A stretch of DNA of 64,000 nt from an uncultured Acidobacteriota bacterium (GCA_963729215.1 CAVSND010000011.1:2836-66835); one strand, 5' to 3'; numbered from the stretch's first letter, positions 23,750-34,794 are shown. Notes: a model not told the origin generated them from the letters alone. Made by a program: numbers and translations.

Positions 23750-23835
23750 CGGCCGGCTTCAGCCGGCCGTTTGACTGACGTAGCGGCCGGCCTCAGCCGG
23801 CCGTTGACGTCCGCCTGAAGGCGGACGCTACGCCT
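23743..23835. terminator. cluster of three GC-rich hairpins (two direct copies of TGACGTAGCGGCCGGCYTCAGCCGGCCGTT plus GTCCGCCTGAAGGCGGAC) between convergent genes
   Basis: Stems GGCCGGC/GCCGGCC and GTCCGCC/GGCGGAC. The unit is directly repeated at 23743-23773 and 23776-23806. Plausible bidirectional terminator or REP-like element. Confidence 0.5.
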
Positions 23836-23860
23836 GACAAATGCTAGAGCCCAGCGATCT

Positions 23861-25768
23861 TCAGGGCTTCCGCTGCGGCTGGGACATCGCGAGCGCGCGC
23901 GCCAGGTTGGTGCCGGCCGACTTGTGCTCAGGGCTGATCCGCAGTGCTTCCTGGAATTCCTGAATGGCGGCCGCCAGCTCGCCCCGTGAAGCCAGCGTCG
24001 CGCCCAGGATGTTGTGGGCTTCGGCATCGCCGGGGTTGCGGCGGAGCGCCTCGCGCGCCTCGACCTCGGCCGGCGCGACCTTGCCCTGCTCGAGGAAGCG
24101 GGCCGCCTGAATCCGCGCGACGATCCCCATGCCCTGGTTCGCCGAGCGGCTCGACGGATCGAGGTCGAGGATCGCCTTGAACTGGCTCGCCGCCGCCTCG
24201 ATCTGGCCCTGCGTGAGCAGCGCCTGGCCCAGCAGAAGCCGCGCCGGGATGCGATTCGGCTGCGACGGCTTGTCGTCGATGAAGACATTCAGGACGCCGA
24301 TGGCTTCCGCCGGGCGGCCCTGCATGACCAGCTCGGCGCCGAGGCCCGCGCGCGCGTCCGGATAGTCGTTGATGGCTTCGCGAAGCTGTGCGATCGCTTC
24401 GTCGTGCCGCCCCGCGCTGATGTATTCCGTCGCGAGGGAAAAGCGCGCCCGGCCGTTCGGCCAGCGCGCGACCGAGCTCTCCCAGAGCGAGACAGGTGCC
24501 GCATACTCGCGGTTGCGGAGCATCGTCCGGACGCCCAGCGCCGCCACGACGGCCAGTGACGCGGCGGCGGCGGCAGCCGTCAGCGCGCGCGAGCGCGCGG
24601 GCCACCGCGCACGAAGCCGTTCGAGCAGGAGCGATCCGAGCGTGACGGCAAAGACCGACACGGCCGCCAGCGGGAGATACATCCGCCGCTCCGCTCCGAC
24701 TTCGCTGGCGATGGGGACGATGCTCGACGTCGGCGCCAGCGTCAGGAAGAACATCGCGCCGAGGAATCCGATGGCCGGCCAGCGCGCGAGCGCGACGATC
24801 GTGCCGGCGAGCATCGCGACCAGCAGCAGCGCCTGCGGCAGCACGTCGCCGACGCCGATGCCGCGCGGCAGGCCGTAGTCGAGGACGAGCGCGTGCGGCC
24901 AGACGGACAGCCCCAGATACCGCACGATCATCTGAGCCTGGTTCAGCAGGTACGTCCACGGCGACACCTTCGCCGCGCCTACGGTCGAACGCGGCCAGCG
25001 CCACATCAGGAGGCCCAGCTCCACCCACGTTACTGCGAGGGCGGCGTAGAATCCGCCGCGGGCGCGGAGTGCGTCGCGCATCGACGTGAATTCGAAGACG
25101 CGGTCGTAAAGCAGGACGGCCAGCGGGGCCACGGCCATCGACTCCTTCGTGGCCATCCCGGCCGCGCACGCCAGCACGGAAACCACCAGCCAGCCCGCCG
25201 ATTCACGCCCGCGGATCGCCGCATACATCGTCAGCAGCAGGAACAGGCCCATCATCGATTCGGTGCGCTGCGTCGTGTAATCCACCGTTTCGCTGAGCAG
25301 CGGATGGACGGCCCATACCAACGCCGACACCAGGGCGATCGCTCCGGCATTTTGAGGGCGTCCGAGCCTGATGACGGTCAGGCGGACGATGGCAAACAGC
25401 AGGAGCGCGGATGCGATCAGGATGGCGAGATTCCCGGCGTGGTACGCCGTCTCGTCCAGTCCGGCCATCGCGTAGGTCAGCGCCAACGACAGGTTGACGA
25501 TCGGCCGGCCGGCCACCGCCGTTTCGAGCGGCGGCGACAGCGACGCCGACAACGGCAGCACGCTGCGGATCGTGGTGTTGGAGATGATGGCGGGATCGTC
25601 GTCCCAGATGAACGGCGCGCGGAGGCCGTTCCAATAGGCGGCGATGCCGGCAGCGGCGATCAGGAAAACGTACAGCAGGATCTGCGGAATGCGGCTTGGC
25701 CGGGGCGGCGCCATCAGGCGGTCTCGGCCAAGCCTAACACTTGTCGACGGTCCCGTGAGGACCGTCAA
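23861..25768 (-). CDS. membrane protein with N-terminal polytopic (PMT/ArnT-like) domain and C-terminal TPR repeats
   Basis: About 10 predicted TM segments followed by TPR-like repeats ('AEAHNILGATLASRGELAAAIQEFQEALRISP'). Confidence 0.7.
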   Translation of the reverse strand: MTVLTGPSTSVRLGRDRLMAPPRPSRIPQILLYVFLIAAAGIAAYWNGLRAPFIWDDDPAIISNTTIRSVLPLSASLSPPLETAVAGRPIVNLSLALTYAMAGLDETAYHAGNLAILIASALLLFAIVRLTVIRLGRPQNAGAIALVSALVWAVHPLLSETVDYTTQRTESMMGLFLLLTMYAAIRGRESAGWLVVSVLACAAGMATKESMAVAPLAVLLYDRVFEFTSMRDALRARGGFYAALAVTWVELGLLMWRWPRSTVGAAKVSPWTYLLNQAQMIVRYLGLSVWPHALVLDYGLPRGIGVGDVLPQALLLVAMLAGTIVALARWPAIGFLGAMFFLTLAPTSSIVPIASEVGAERRMYLPLAAVSVFAVTLGSLLLERLRARWPARSRALTAAAAAASLAVVAALGVRTMLRNREYAAPVSLWESSVARWPNGRARFSLATEYISAGRHDEAIAQLREAINDYPDARAGLGAELVMQGRPAEAIGVLNVFIDDKPSQPNRIPARLLLGQALLTQGQIEAAASQFKAILDLDPSSRSANQGMGIVARIQAARFLEQGKVAPAEVEAREALRRNPGDAEAHNILGATLASRGELAAAIQEFQEALRISPEHKSAGTNLARALAMSQPQRKP

Positions 25769-26368
25769 TTACCGGCCGACGATCCCGGCGACGATGCGCT
25801 CCGCCTCGGCCCTGGTGAAATGACCGCTGATCAGCGCGGAAGCGCCGATGGCCGACCGGATCACCGGGGCCATCACCACCTCGCCGTCGATCAGGATCGC
25901 GAGAGGCCTCCCGACGTGGCTGCCGCTCGCCCGGGCCATCCTGGCCGCGCCGTCGCCGGTGAACGTGACGGCCACGCCGAACGTCGAAGCGGTGCTGCCG
26001 GCCACGAGTTGCGCGGTGGCGATGTCGCTGTTCGTGAGCACCGTCTCCTCGTGGAGATAGATGGTCCGGTCTGAAACCCTCGCGGCCCGGAGACCGCTGC
26101 CCGGGTTCTCTTCGGCCAGGCGCACTTCGAAACGCACCGCCGCCACGACGTCGACGGCGGCACGCGACCAGTAGCCTGCCGCAGCGATCACGACGCCGGC
26201 CGCCATCGCGATCGCGAACGCGCGTCTCGGCATCGCCCTGACGGCCTGAGGCGGCAGCGGCGCATCGAGGACGCGCTGGCGGCTCAGGCGGCGCTCGCGC
26301 TCGCCCCGTTCGGGTTCATAGGAGAGCGGGTCGGCATCCCGCAACACGTCGGCCATTGTCTTCATCGT
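25769..26368 (-). CDS. putative membrane-anchored anti-sigma factor
   Basis: ATG overlaps the ECF sigma stop (ATGA). Cytoplasmic N-terminus, one TM ('AFAIAMAAGVVIAAAGYW'), extracytoplasmic domain. Confidence 0.45.
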   Translation of the reverse strand, partial: TMKTMADVLRDADPLSYEPERGERERRLSRQRVLDAPLPPQAVRAMPRRAFAIAMAAGVVIAAAGYWSRAAVDVVAAVRFEVRLAEENPGSGLRAARVSDRTIYLHEETVLTNSDIATAQLVAGSTASTFGVAVTFTGDGAARMARASGSHVGRPLAILIDGEVVMAPVIRSAIGASALISGHFTRAEAERIVAGIVGR

Positions 26369-26930
26369 ATGTCTCCCAACTGGGCCCGGAGGACGGTCTT
26401 CAGCTCGCGCCGCGCCATCGACAGGTGCCAGCGCACGGTCATCGTGGCGATTCCCAGGCAGGCGGCAATGGCCGGGCACGTCATGCCTTCGAGCTCGTGC
26501 ATGACGACGATGGCGCGCCGGCGGGGATGCAGGAGATCAGCGCCGCCCAGACCGCGCGTTTGGCGATCAGGGTCGACTCGAGCGACGGCGGATAGACGGG
26601 CGGCTCGGCGCGGAGCACGCTGGCCGCGCGGTTCCTGACAGCCGTCCGGCGCCACTCGTCGCGGCGGATGTTGACGAGCACCCGGACGAGCCACGCCTCC
26701 TCGCTGGCGAGGCCCGCGGGCACCGATCGCCACGATTTGGCGGCTTTGAAGAAGGTGTCCTGGACGAGGTCGTGCGCCTGGTCGGCGCTGCTGGTGAGCC
26801 GCCGGGCGAGGCGGTAAAGGCGCAGCTCGTGGGCGTCGAACAGGGCGGACAGCCGGTTCCGGCGGTCGTCGCCGGCGTGGTCCAGGTCTACGTCGTCTAA
26901 AGGGGCGGCGAGGGCCGATTCCGCGCTCAT
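26362..26930 (-). CDS. ECF sigma-70 family sigma factor; frameshift about 26500-26560
   Basis: Region 2 'LYRLARRLTSSADQAHDLVQDTFFKA' in one frame; region 4 'LPPRRRAIVVMHELEGMTCPAIAACLGIATMTVRWHLSMARREL' in another. Confidence 0.7.
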
Positions 26931-26945
26931 GCCCCTATAGACGTT

Positions 26946-27944
26946 TCAGGCGCCGATTATTTTGCGCCGTGCTCTTCGGCGCGCGCCGCGCTGAGGATGT
27001 TGCGCAGGCCGTAGTTCCCCTCGTGACACTCGGTACTGCATGATCGGCTCGTTGTCGCTCATCGTCAGGGGCATCGAGAAGGTCCACGGCTTCGTCCACG
27101 TGTGCGGATCCTCGACGGTGACCGACCAGCGCAGCTTGTCGGGGGCCGTGCGCGTGAAGCGTTCGGTGAAGCGCAGCGTATCGGGATCGGCGTTGCGGTA
27201 CACGCTCCGCGTCCTGAAGTTGGTCGTCTCCACGACCAGCGTGTCGCCGACCCAGTGTCCGCGCGAGTCGCCCATGTCGAGCGCGATCGCCTTGCCGGGA
27301 TGCGGCCGCGGGTCGCGATCGATGGGAATAATCCGCGTCTCGTGAATCATCTCGTACTGGATCGCCACGTAGCCCGGCCCCTGGACGATTCGCGAGGAGT
27401 TGCCGTAAATCGTCGGCATGCCGGAGCTGGGAAATCCGCGCGTGATGCACCGATCGTACAGGCTGCGATCTTCGTAGGAATCGGAGCCGCCGTTGTAGAT
27501 CGTCTGCCGTGCCGAGGCCTCGCGCTGACGGCCCTCCGGGGTGAGCGGCGGAATCCTGCCGTCCTCGGGATCGGTGATGAGCCACGCCTGGGCGCCGTCT
27601 TCCAGCCGGAAGGCCACCTGCCACCAGTTGCTCGGCGCGTCGAACGGCGTCTCGAACCGCTGGATGGTGTTGTCCTGGATCGCCTTTTTCATCGCCCTGA
27701 GCTCGGCGGGCGTGATGTCGGAGAGTTTCCGGCCGTCGAATTCGGCAGGCCGCTCGAGCGGCGTGCCCGCTTCGTACAGGTTGGTGTAGTTGCCCTGGAA
27801 ATCGGGGTCGCCCCACGGCGTCCGCGGGGCTTTATACGCGGCCGACTTGGCGCTCTGGCCCGCGCCGAGGGCGGGCGACAGGCAGACGACGAAAACCGCG
27901 CCAGACAGCAGCGCGTAAAGGTAACGGGAATGCTTAGCCACCAT
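26946..27944 (-). CDS. secreted hypothetical protein (distant paralog of 29727-30803 and 37070-37885); frameshift about 27033
   Basis: Signal peptide. 'GDTLVVETTNFR...DTLRFTERFTR' parallels the 'GDTLVVTTAGF...ESLRITERIRR' segments of the paralogs. The C-terminus switches frame to 'ECHEGNYGLRNILSAARAEEHGAK*'. Confidence 0.55.
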   Translation of the reverse strand: MVAKHSRYLYALLSGAVFVVCLSPALGAGQSAKSAAYKAPRTPWGDPDFQGNYTNLYEAGTPLERPAEFDGRKLSDITPAELRAMKKAIQDNTIQRFETPFDAPSNWWQVAFRLEDGAQAWLITDPEDGRIPPLTPEGRQREASARQTIYNGGSDSYEDRSLYDRCITRGFPSSGMPTIYGNSSRIVQGPGYVAIQYEMIHETRIIPIDRDPRPHPGKAIALDMGDSRGHWVGDTLVVETTNFRTRSVYRNADPDTLRFTERFTRTAPDKLRWSVTVEDPHTWTKPWTFSMPLTMSDNEPIMQYRVSRGELRPAQHPQRGARRRARRKIIGA

Positions 27945-29642
27945 GCTCTGAATTATAGCGGCCGGCCACTCGAGCGATGGGTCTTCCTCCCCCGATTTGG
28001 GGAGCAGGCGCAGTGGCGTCTTTCGCGACCTGACCAGCCGTACTCCGCCTGCAGTAGGATACGGGCCATCCGTACAGACTTCGATTGGACCGCATTTTCA
28101 ATCCGCGGCGCCGGTATCTCGGCCATTGTCCTTTTCCTCTGGATGCTCGGTCAGTTCTGGCACCCGGTATTTGGATTCACGTCGTTCATCGAGCTCGACT
28201 CCACCAACGAAGATAGAAAGATCGATGCGTTCAAGTCGCTGCCGGTGTATGTCTACGAAGGAGGTGGCTACGACGGCCTGTCCTACGCACAGATCGCCTA
28301 CCACCCGACGCTGACATCGCCTGAGCTGGCGCGCGCCCTGGGGAGTCCGGCCTATCGCGCCAGGCGCATTCTCGCGCCGGCCCTTGCCTACGTGATTGCT
28401 CTGGGCAGCCCCACATGGATTGTCCACGTCTACTCGCTCCTCAACCCGGCTTTCTGGCTCCTGCTCGCGGCATTGCTCTGGCGTCTGCTGCCCGTTCGGG
28501 ACTGGCGAAGCTGGCTCGCCTGGGCGGGCGTGTTGTTCTCGAGCGGCGCCATGAGCAGCGTGCGCCTGGCGTTGACCGACCTCGTCGCGCTCACGATCCT
28601 CGCCGGCGCCCTCGCGTACGCGGAGCGGGCTCGCCAGGCTGGCGACACCTTCCCAGCCGGCATCGTGGCAGCAGCCGCCCTCGCGCGCGAGACTTCATTG
28701 CTGGCGATCGCGGCTATCGTTCAGCCGCCCTGGGTTTCGTGGAGAAATGCGTGGCGCGTGGCGTTGGCGGCCGCGCCGCTCGCGATCTGGTCGGCCTACG
28801 TCAGCTGGGTGTTGGGAAACGACGAAACAGGATTCGCCCAGTTCACACTGCCGTTCGCAGGGCTTGTCGGCAAGATCGGCGCCGACTTCGCGGCGGTGCG
28901 CGAGCATACCGGCTCCTCGTTCGCCTGGACCACGATGTTCACGACCGTGGGTCTCATCGTGCAGGCGACATTTTTTGCGACGCGGTGGCGATTCCGTGAT
29001 GCGTGGTGGCGGGCCGGCGCCGTCTACGCCCTGATGATGATGGTGCTCGCCATGCCCGTCTGGGAGGGCTTCCCCGGCGCGGCGGCGCGCGTGCTGTTGC
29101 CGATGGGCCTCGCGTTCAACGTCGTCGCCACTCGCAGCGGCGCCCGATTGATCTGGCTTCTCGCGGGCAATCTGGCCGTGTTGAACGGTCTTCAGGTGAT
29201 CCGTGACGTGCCCGACAATCCGCACGAGCTCGGAGCAGGCCACGCCGGCGGCGCCGCCATCGTCGCGCGATCAGGCGGCGATTGGTATGGGGTGGACCGG
29301 GAATCGCGTCACCGGCGCGCCTGGAGCCCGTGGCGCGGCGAAATCGATCTGGAGACCTGGCCGCACGATACGCGCACGGTCAACCTGGTCGCCTCAGTAC
29401 GAAGCCTCGCGCCGATCGTGCTCACCGTGCGGCAGGACGATGCCGTCGTGTGGCGGAACACGATCCTCCCCTCCTTCCCGCGACCGATGAAGCTCGAGGT
29501 GTCCTGTTCCGTGCGCGGCGGACACGGACACTTGGAGTTGCTGGCCAGCCCGTCCGGGCAGCTGGAACCGCCCATTGTCCAGGATCGTCCACCAGTATAT
29601 GCAGTCGAGGATGTGCGGTTCGTCGGGGCGCCGGGAGAATAG
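27943..29642 (+). CDS. integral membrane protein (about 10 TM) with C-terminal soluble domain; function unknown
   Basis: Long hydrophobic ORF ('ISAIVLFLWMLGQFW...'). Start uncertain (ATG 27943 or about 28142). Confidence 0.45.
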
Positions 29643-29726
29643 GTACGATCGCACGACAGAATACTGCTCCCGCAGCGACGTGTGGACCCGTCGCGGATAT
29701 AATCCCCGGTCGTAAGGAAGGTCCCT

Positions 29727-30803
29727 ATGAAAATCCGCGCCGTTTCCGTCACGGTTGTGGCCGTGCTCGCGGCAACTGCCGCGTTTCTCCCGCCGCCGGC
29801 GGCCGCGCAGTGGATCAACTATCCGACGCCGGGAACGCCCCGCCTGCCGGACGGCAAGCCGAACCTGGCCGCTCCCGCGCCCCGTTTGGCCGACGGCAAG
29901 CCTGATTTGTCGGGCGTCTGGCGAGGCGCCGGTCCCATCTACCGCTTCAACATCGCGCAGGATCTCAAGCCCGGGGACATCCAGCCGTGGGCCGAGGCGC
30001 TCTTCCTGAAGCGCGTGCGCGACTCGCGGAAGGACAGCCCGCTGGCCAAGTGCCAGCCGGTGAGCGTGCCGTTCCACAATTTCTTCAACCTGACGCGGTT
30101 CGTCCAGACGCCGGCGCTCATCGTGATGCTGTACGAGTCGCCGAACAGCCCGCATCGCACGATATTCACCGACGGCCGCGACCTGCCGAAGGATCCCAAC
30201 CCCGCGAGGCTGGGTTATTCGGTTGGACGATGGGAAGGCGACACGCTGGTGGTGACGACGGCGGGGTTCAGCGACCAGGGGTGGCTCGACAGCGCCGGGC
30301 ATCCGCAGACCGAATCGCTGCGCATCACGGAACGAATTCGCCGGCGCGATTTCGGCCACATGGATTTCGAGATCACGCTCGACGATCCGAAAGCGTTCAC
30401 GCGGCCGTTCACGATCAAGACCGAGCGGCTGCTGGCGGCGGACACGGATCTCCTCGAGGACGTCTGCGAGAACGAGACCGACGGCAAGCATCTGTCCGGC
30501 GATACCGGGATCAGGCTCAGCCCGGCGGTGGCCGCGAGCTATGCCGGGGTGTACGAGCTCGCGCCGGGACGGGACGTCGTCGTCACGGCCACTGACGACC
30601 TGCTGTTCGTGCAGGGCCTGAACGAACCCAGGCTGCCGCTGTTCGTGCAATCGGACACGACGTTCATGTCCACGGCGACGCCGACCGGTTTCGAGTTCGT
30701 CAAGGACGGCCAGGGCAGGGTCACGCACCTGCTGGTGCGCGGCGACGGCGGCGAGAGGAAAGCCGTGCGGAAGCCCGGTCCGCCTCCGGCCCAGGGCAGA
30801 TAA
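29727..30803 (+). CDS. secreted hypothetical protein (paralog family)
   Basis: Signal peptide 'MKIRAVSVTVVAVLAATAAFLPPPAAAQ'. 'GWLDSAGHPQTESLRITERIRRRDFGHMDFEITLDDPKAFTRPFT' matches 'SWLDARGHGHSEEMRVEERFRRRDFGHLDLTITIEDPKIFTRPFT' in the gene at 37070. Confidence 0.6.
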   Translation: MKIRAVSVTVVAVLAATAAFLPPPAAAQWINYPTPGTPRLPDGKPNLAAPAPRLADGKPDLSGVWRGAGPIYRFNIAQDLKPGDIQPWAEALFLKRVRDSRKDSPLAKCQPVSVPFHNFFNLTRFVQTPALIVMLYESPNSPHRTIFTDGRDLPKDPNPARLGYSVGRWEGDTLVVTTAGFSDQGWLDSAGHPQTESLRITERIRRRDFGHMDFEITLDDPKAFTRPFTIKTERLLAADTDLLEDVCENETDGKHLSGDTGIRLSPAVAASYAGVYELAPGRDVVVTATDDLLFVQGLNEPRLPLFVQSDTTFMSTATPTGFEFVKDGQGRVTHLLVRGDGGERKAVRKPGPPPAQGR

Positions 30804-30844
30804 TCGCAGGTCTCGACTAATCGCAGGTCACGACAGGAGCATTC

Positions 30845-32654
30845 ATGGACCCGGTCGCGCTGATGCTGAGGTATTGGTGGGTCATCCTGATTCTCGCGCT
30901 CATTCTCGGGCGTGAGCTGGTATTGCGGATCTTCGGCGTCGTGATCATTCCTGAAGACTCGATCGGCATCGTCAACAAGAAGTTCGTGGTGGTGGGCAAG
31001 AACCGGACGCTGCCGGATGGCGCCATCCTGGCGCTGCACGGCGAAGCCGGCCTCCAGGCGGACGCGCTCGCGCCGGGCCTGCATTTCTGGCTCTGGCCGT
31101 GGCAGTTCGTCGTCACGCGGCAGAAGTTCATCACGATTGCCGAAGGGACGATCGGCGTCGTGGAGGCGAGAGACGGACAGCCCCTCAAGGACGGGCGCGT
31201 GCTCGCGCGGCGAGTGGAGTGCAACTCCTTCCAGAGCGCGCGGGCGTTTCTCGAGCAACGGCGGCGAGCGCGGGCCGCAGATTACGGTGATCCCGCCCGG
31301 CACCTACCGCATCAACACGGCGCTGTTCTCCGTGGTCGCCGAGGACGTGCTCGAAATCGCCGACAACATGGTCGGCATCGTCACGACGAAGGAAGGGCGG
31401 GCCCTTAGCACCGGCGACATCGCCGGCCTCGAGGTGAGCGGGCACAACCTGTTTCAGGACGGCCAGGCGTTCGTGGACGCCGGCGGGTTCAAGGGCCTCC
31501 AGGAACAGGTCATGCTGGCGGGCCGGTATTTCATCAACCCGCGCTTCGCGACCGTGGAAATCAAGCAGATGACCATGGTGCCGATCGCGAACGTCGGCGT
31601 CGTCATCGCCTACGTGGGCGACACCGGTGTCGACGTGACGGGCGACACCTTCAAGCACGGCAACCTGGTGCGGAAGGGCCAGAAGGGCGTCTGGGTGGAG
31701 CCGCTCGATCCGGGCAAGTATCCGATCAATCCGTACACCCACAACGTGGAGAACGTCCCGACGGCCAACGTCGTGCTGAACTGGGCGACGGGCAAGAGCG
31801 AGGCGCACAACCTCGACAAGAACCTGTCCACGATTACCGTGCGATCGTCCGACGGCTTCACGTTCAACCTGGACGTCAGCCAGATCATCCACATTCCACG
31901 CGCCGACGCGCCGAAGGTCATCGCGCGGTTCGGCAGCGTCGCCAACCTGGTGACGCAGGTGCTCGAGCCGACGATCGGCAACTACTTCCGCAACGCGGCG
32001 CAGGGATCGGACGTCATCGACTTCCTGAAGGGCCGCCAGCAGCGGCAGCTCGATGCCAAGACCCGCATCGGCGCGGCGCTCGAGGAGTACAACGTCGGCG
32101 CCGTGGACACGCTGATCGGCGACATCACCCCGCCGAACGAGCTGATGAAGACGCTGACGGACCGGAAGCTCGCCGAGCAGGAGAAGGTGACGTACGACAC
32201 GCAGCGGCTGGCCGAAGACACGCGCAAGGAACTGCAGCAGGCGAAGGCGCTCGCCGACACGCAGGCCCGGGTGGTCGACGCCGAACGCGGCGTGCAGATT
32301 GCGGAGTTCAACGCCAAGTCGGCCGTGAAAACGGCCGAAGGGCAGGCGCAGTCGAAGACGGTCAACGCGACCGCCGACGCGAACGTGCTCACGACGGTCG
32401 GCAACGCGGAGGCCGGCAAGACGAAAGCCATCGGCACGGCCGAGGCCGACGTCATCAAGCTGAAGATCGCCTCGATGGAGTCCGGGAACTACGCCGGCAT
32501 CGAGATCGCCAAGGCCCTGTCCGCGAGCGGCTTCAAGCTCGTGCCCGACGTGATGGTGGCCGGCGGCGCCGCCGAAGGCGGAAACAGCCTCGTCAGCGTC
32601 CTGCTGGCCAACCTGATTCGCGACGGACTGAAAAGGCCCGATACCGCGCCCTGA
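30845..32654 (+). CDS. flotillin / SPFH (band-7) family protein; 1-nt frameshift about 31258
   Basis: N-terminal TM and 'GIVNKKFVVVGK...' in one frame, then 'GGERGPQITVIPPGTYRINTALF...IAEFNAKSAVKTAEGQAQSK...' (flotillin coiled-coil/EA-rich C-terminus). Confidence 0.75.
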
Positions 32655-32680
32655 CGGGGCCATTTGAGGAGAAGAACCTG

Positions 32681-33355
32681 ATGACGATTTACCGACCGCT
32701 GTACTATGTGCTAGTGTCCTGGGCGCCGCCAGCCCTGCTGCTGGCGTCGGGCGCGCTGCTGGCCTCCGCGCAATCGGCCGCGAAGCTCCCCGCGGATCTC
32801 GACCCCGATTCCCGGGCGCGGCTCCCGTATCTGCAGCGCAAGGACATGGACGAGAGCAGTCAGAAGATCTTCGACACGCTGCCCGGACGCAGCCCCGAGG
32901 GTGTGCTGCGCGGACCGCTCGCGTTCGCGGCCTACAACCCCGGCGTCGCGAAGGCCCTGTTCGATCTCCACAATGCGGCCGTGGCCGGCACGCTCAACCC
33001 GCACGTCCGCGAACTGGCCATCATGGTCGCCTGCCGCGAAACCAACTACAACCTCGAATGGAACGGGCACGAGGCGACGGCGTTGAAGGCGGGCGTGGAT
33101 CCCAAGGTGCTCGACATCGTGCGCAACAATCGCGCGCTGACGGGCGTCGATGAGAAGGACGCGGCGGTCATTCGCTTCGGCCGCCAGATGTTCCACGACA
33201 AGAAGATGGATTCGGCCACGTTCGCGAAAGTGGTGGAGCTGTTCGGCCGGCGCGGCGCGATGGACATGGTGGCGGTCATGAACACGTACGCCGTCAGCGG
33301 ATTCTTCGCGATCGCAGTCGACGAGCACAGCGCGCCCGGCCGGCCCGAATTTTGA
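32681..33355 (+). CDS. carboxymuconolactone decarboxylase (AhpD-like) family protein
   Basis: 'RELAIMVACRETNYNLEWNGHEA' CMD motif; signal-like N-terminus. Confidence 0.7.
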   Translation: MTIYRPLYYVLVSWAPPALLLASGALLASAQSAAKLPADLDPDSRARLPYLQRKDMDESSQKIFDTLPGRSPEGVLRGPLAFAAYNPGVAKALFDLHNAAVAGTLNPHVRELAIMVACRETNYNLEWNGHEATALKAGVDPKVLDIVRNNRALTGVDEKDAAVIRFGRQMFHDKKMDSATFAKVVELFGRRGAMDMVAVMNTYAVSGFFAIAVDEHSAPGRPEF

Positions 33356-33470
33356 ATCTGGTCATCTGGTCATCTAGTCATTTGGTCATCGTTTGGAAAT
33401 TTGGCAATTTCTCAATTGAACAACGATGACCAGATGACTAAATGACTAGATGACCAGATGATTGGGGTTC
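33356..33470. repeat. octamer-built palindromic element, copy 1 (arms of 4x ATYTRGTC + ATCGTT around a TTGGCAATTTCTCAATTGA core)
   Basis: 'atctggtcatctggtcatctagtcatttggtcatcgtt tggaaatttggcaatttctcaattgaac aacgatgaccagatgactaaatgactagatgaccagat'. Starts 1 nt after the AhpD-like TGA; the AmpG stop lies inside the right arm. Confidence 0.7.
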
Positions 33471-34706
33471 GCCCCGCCACGGCGCGACCTTGAAGAGCAG
33501 CAGCATGCCGGGAACCGCCAGCGCCGCGCACAGGAAGAAAAATCCCATCCATCCCAGCGTGTCCACCAGCCAGCCGGTGGCGGCATTGGCGAACGTGCGC
33601 GGCACGACCGCGAGGCTGGTGAACAGGGCGTACTGGGTGGCCGTGTAGCCGGGGTGGGTGGCGCGCGCGATGAACGCGCCCGAGGCGGCCGCGCCCAGGC
33701 CGACACCCAGCGCCTCGAGGCCAATCACGATGGCGAGCCGGGTGAGGTCCACGCTGGTGATCTCGGTGTGGGGCCCGGCGGCGGCCAGCCACGCGAAGCC
33801 GAAGATGGAGAACACCTGGACGAAGCCGAACAGCCACAGGGCCTTGTTCACGCCGATCTTCACCATCCACAGGCCGCCGAGCAGGCCGCCGACGACCGAC
33901 GGCCACAGGCCGGCGTTCTTGGCGACGAGCCCGATCTGGGTTTTGGAAAAGCCCATGTCGAGATAGAACGGCGTCGCAAGCGCCGTGCACATGCTGTCGC
34001 CGAGCTTGTAGAACAGCAGAAACGTCAGGATCAGCAGCGCATTGCTCCATCCCTTCCGGTTGATGAATTCATGGAACGGCTCGACCACCGCCTCGCGCAG
34101 CGTCCGGGGCGGCGCGGCGCGGTGCGGCTCCCGGACCAGCAGGGTCATGACCATGCCGGGCACCATGAACAACGCGGTCACCGCGAACACCACGCTCCAC
34201 GGCAGGATGTCGGCGAGCACCAGCGAGAGCGACGCCGGCACGAGCCCCGCGATGCGATAGGCGTTGATGTGGACGGCCGTGCCCAGGCCGAGCTCGTTAT
34301 CCGCCAGCAACTCCCGGCGATAGGCGTCGAGCGCGATGTCCTGGGTGGCGGAGAGAAACGCCAGCAGCGTCGCGACCAGCACGATGGCGCGCAACTCGGT
34401 CTGCGGCGAGAGCCCTCCGAGCGCGGCGATCGTCACGAGCAGCCCCACCTGAGTCAGCAGCATCCAGCCGCGCCGCCGCCCCAGCACGGGCAGGGCATAC
34501 CGGTCCACCAGCGGCGCCCAGAGAAATTTCCAGGTGTACGGGAACTGGATCAGCGTCAACAGGCCGATCACCCTCAGGTCGATGTGTTCGGTGCGCAGCC
34601 ACGCGGGAACGAGCGTGAGCAGCAGGTACAGCGGCAGGCCGGAGGCAAAGCCGGTGAACACGCAGATCAGCATGCGGCGGGTGAAGAGTTGCCGCCAGAC
34701 GGTCAC
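33438..34706 (-). CDS. AmpG-family MFS transporter (muropeptide permease-like)
   Basis: 422-aa single frame, 12+ TM, 'DAYRRE' and 'YKLGD' AmpG-type motifs. The last residues ('...SSGHLVI') are encoded by the repeat element. Confidence 0.65.
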   Translation of the reverse strand: MTVWRQLFTRRMLICVFTGFASGLPLYLLLTLVPAWLRTEHIDLRVIGLLTLIQFPYTWKFLWAPLVDRYALPVLGRRRGWMLLTQVGLLVTIAALGGLSPQTELRAIVLVATLLAFLSATQDIALDAYRRELLADNELGLGTAVHINAYRIAGLVPASLSLVLADILPWSVVFAVTALFMVPGMVMTLLVREPHRAAPPRTLREAVVEPFHEFINRKGWSNALLILTFLLFYKLGDSMCTALATPFYLDMGFSKTQIGLVAKNAGLWPSVVGGLLGGLWMVKIGVNKALWLFGFVQVFSIFGFAWLAAAGPHTEITSVDLTRLAIVIGLEALGVGLGAAASGAFIARATHPGYTATQYALFTSLAVVPRTFANAATGWLVDTLGWMGFFFLCAALAVPGMLLLFKVAPWRGEPQSSGHLVI

Positions 34707-34794
34707 AGTCGTTGCTCCAGATGGGCACCCGGGATGCGCGTCACGCGCCTCGCAGTTCCGGGGGATTCTATCAGGCCGCGGAAGAGTGCGGCTT

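Noticed and set aside
33394-33421. TGGCA in the palindrome cores as sigma-54 -24/-12 promoter elements
   Set aside because: The spacing to any TTGC-like -12 element does not fit GG-N10-GC in any copy, and orientation differs between copies.
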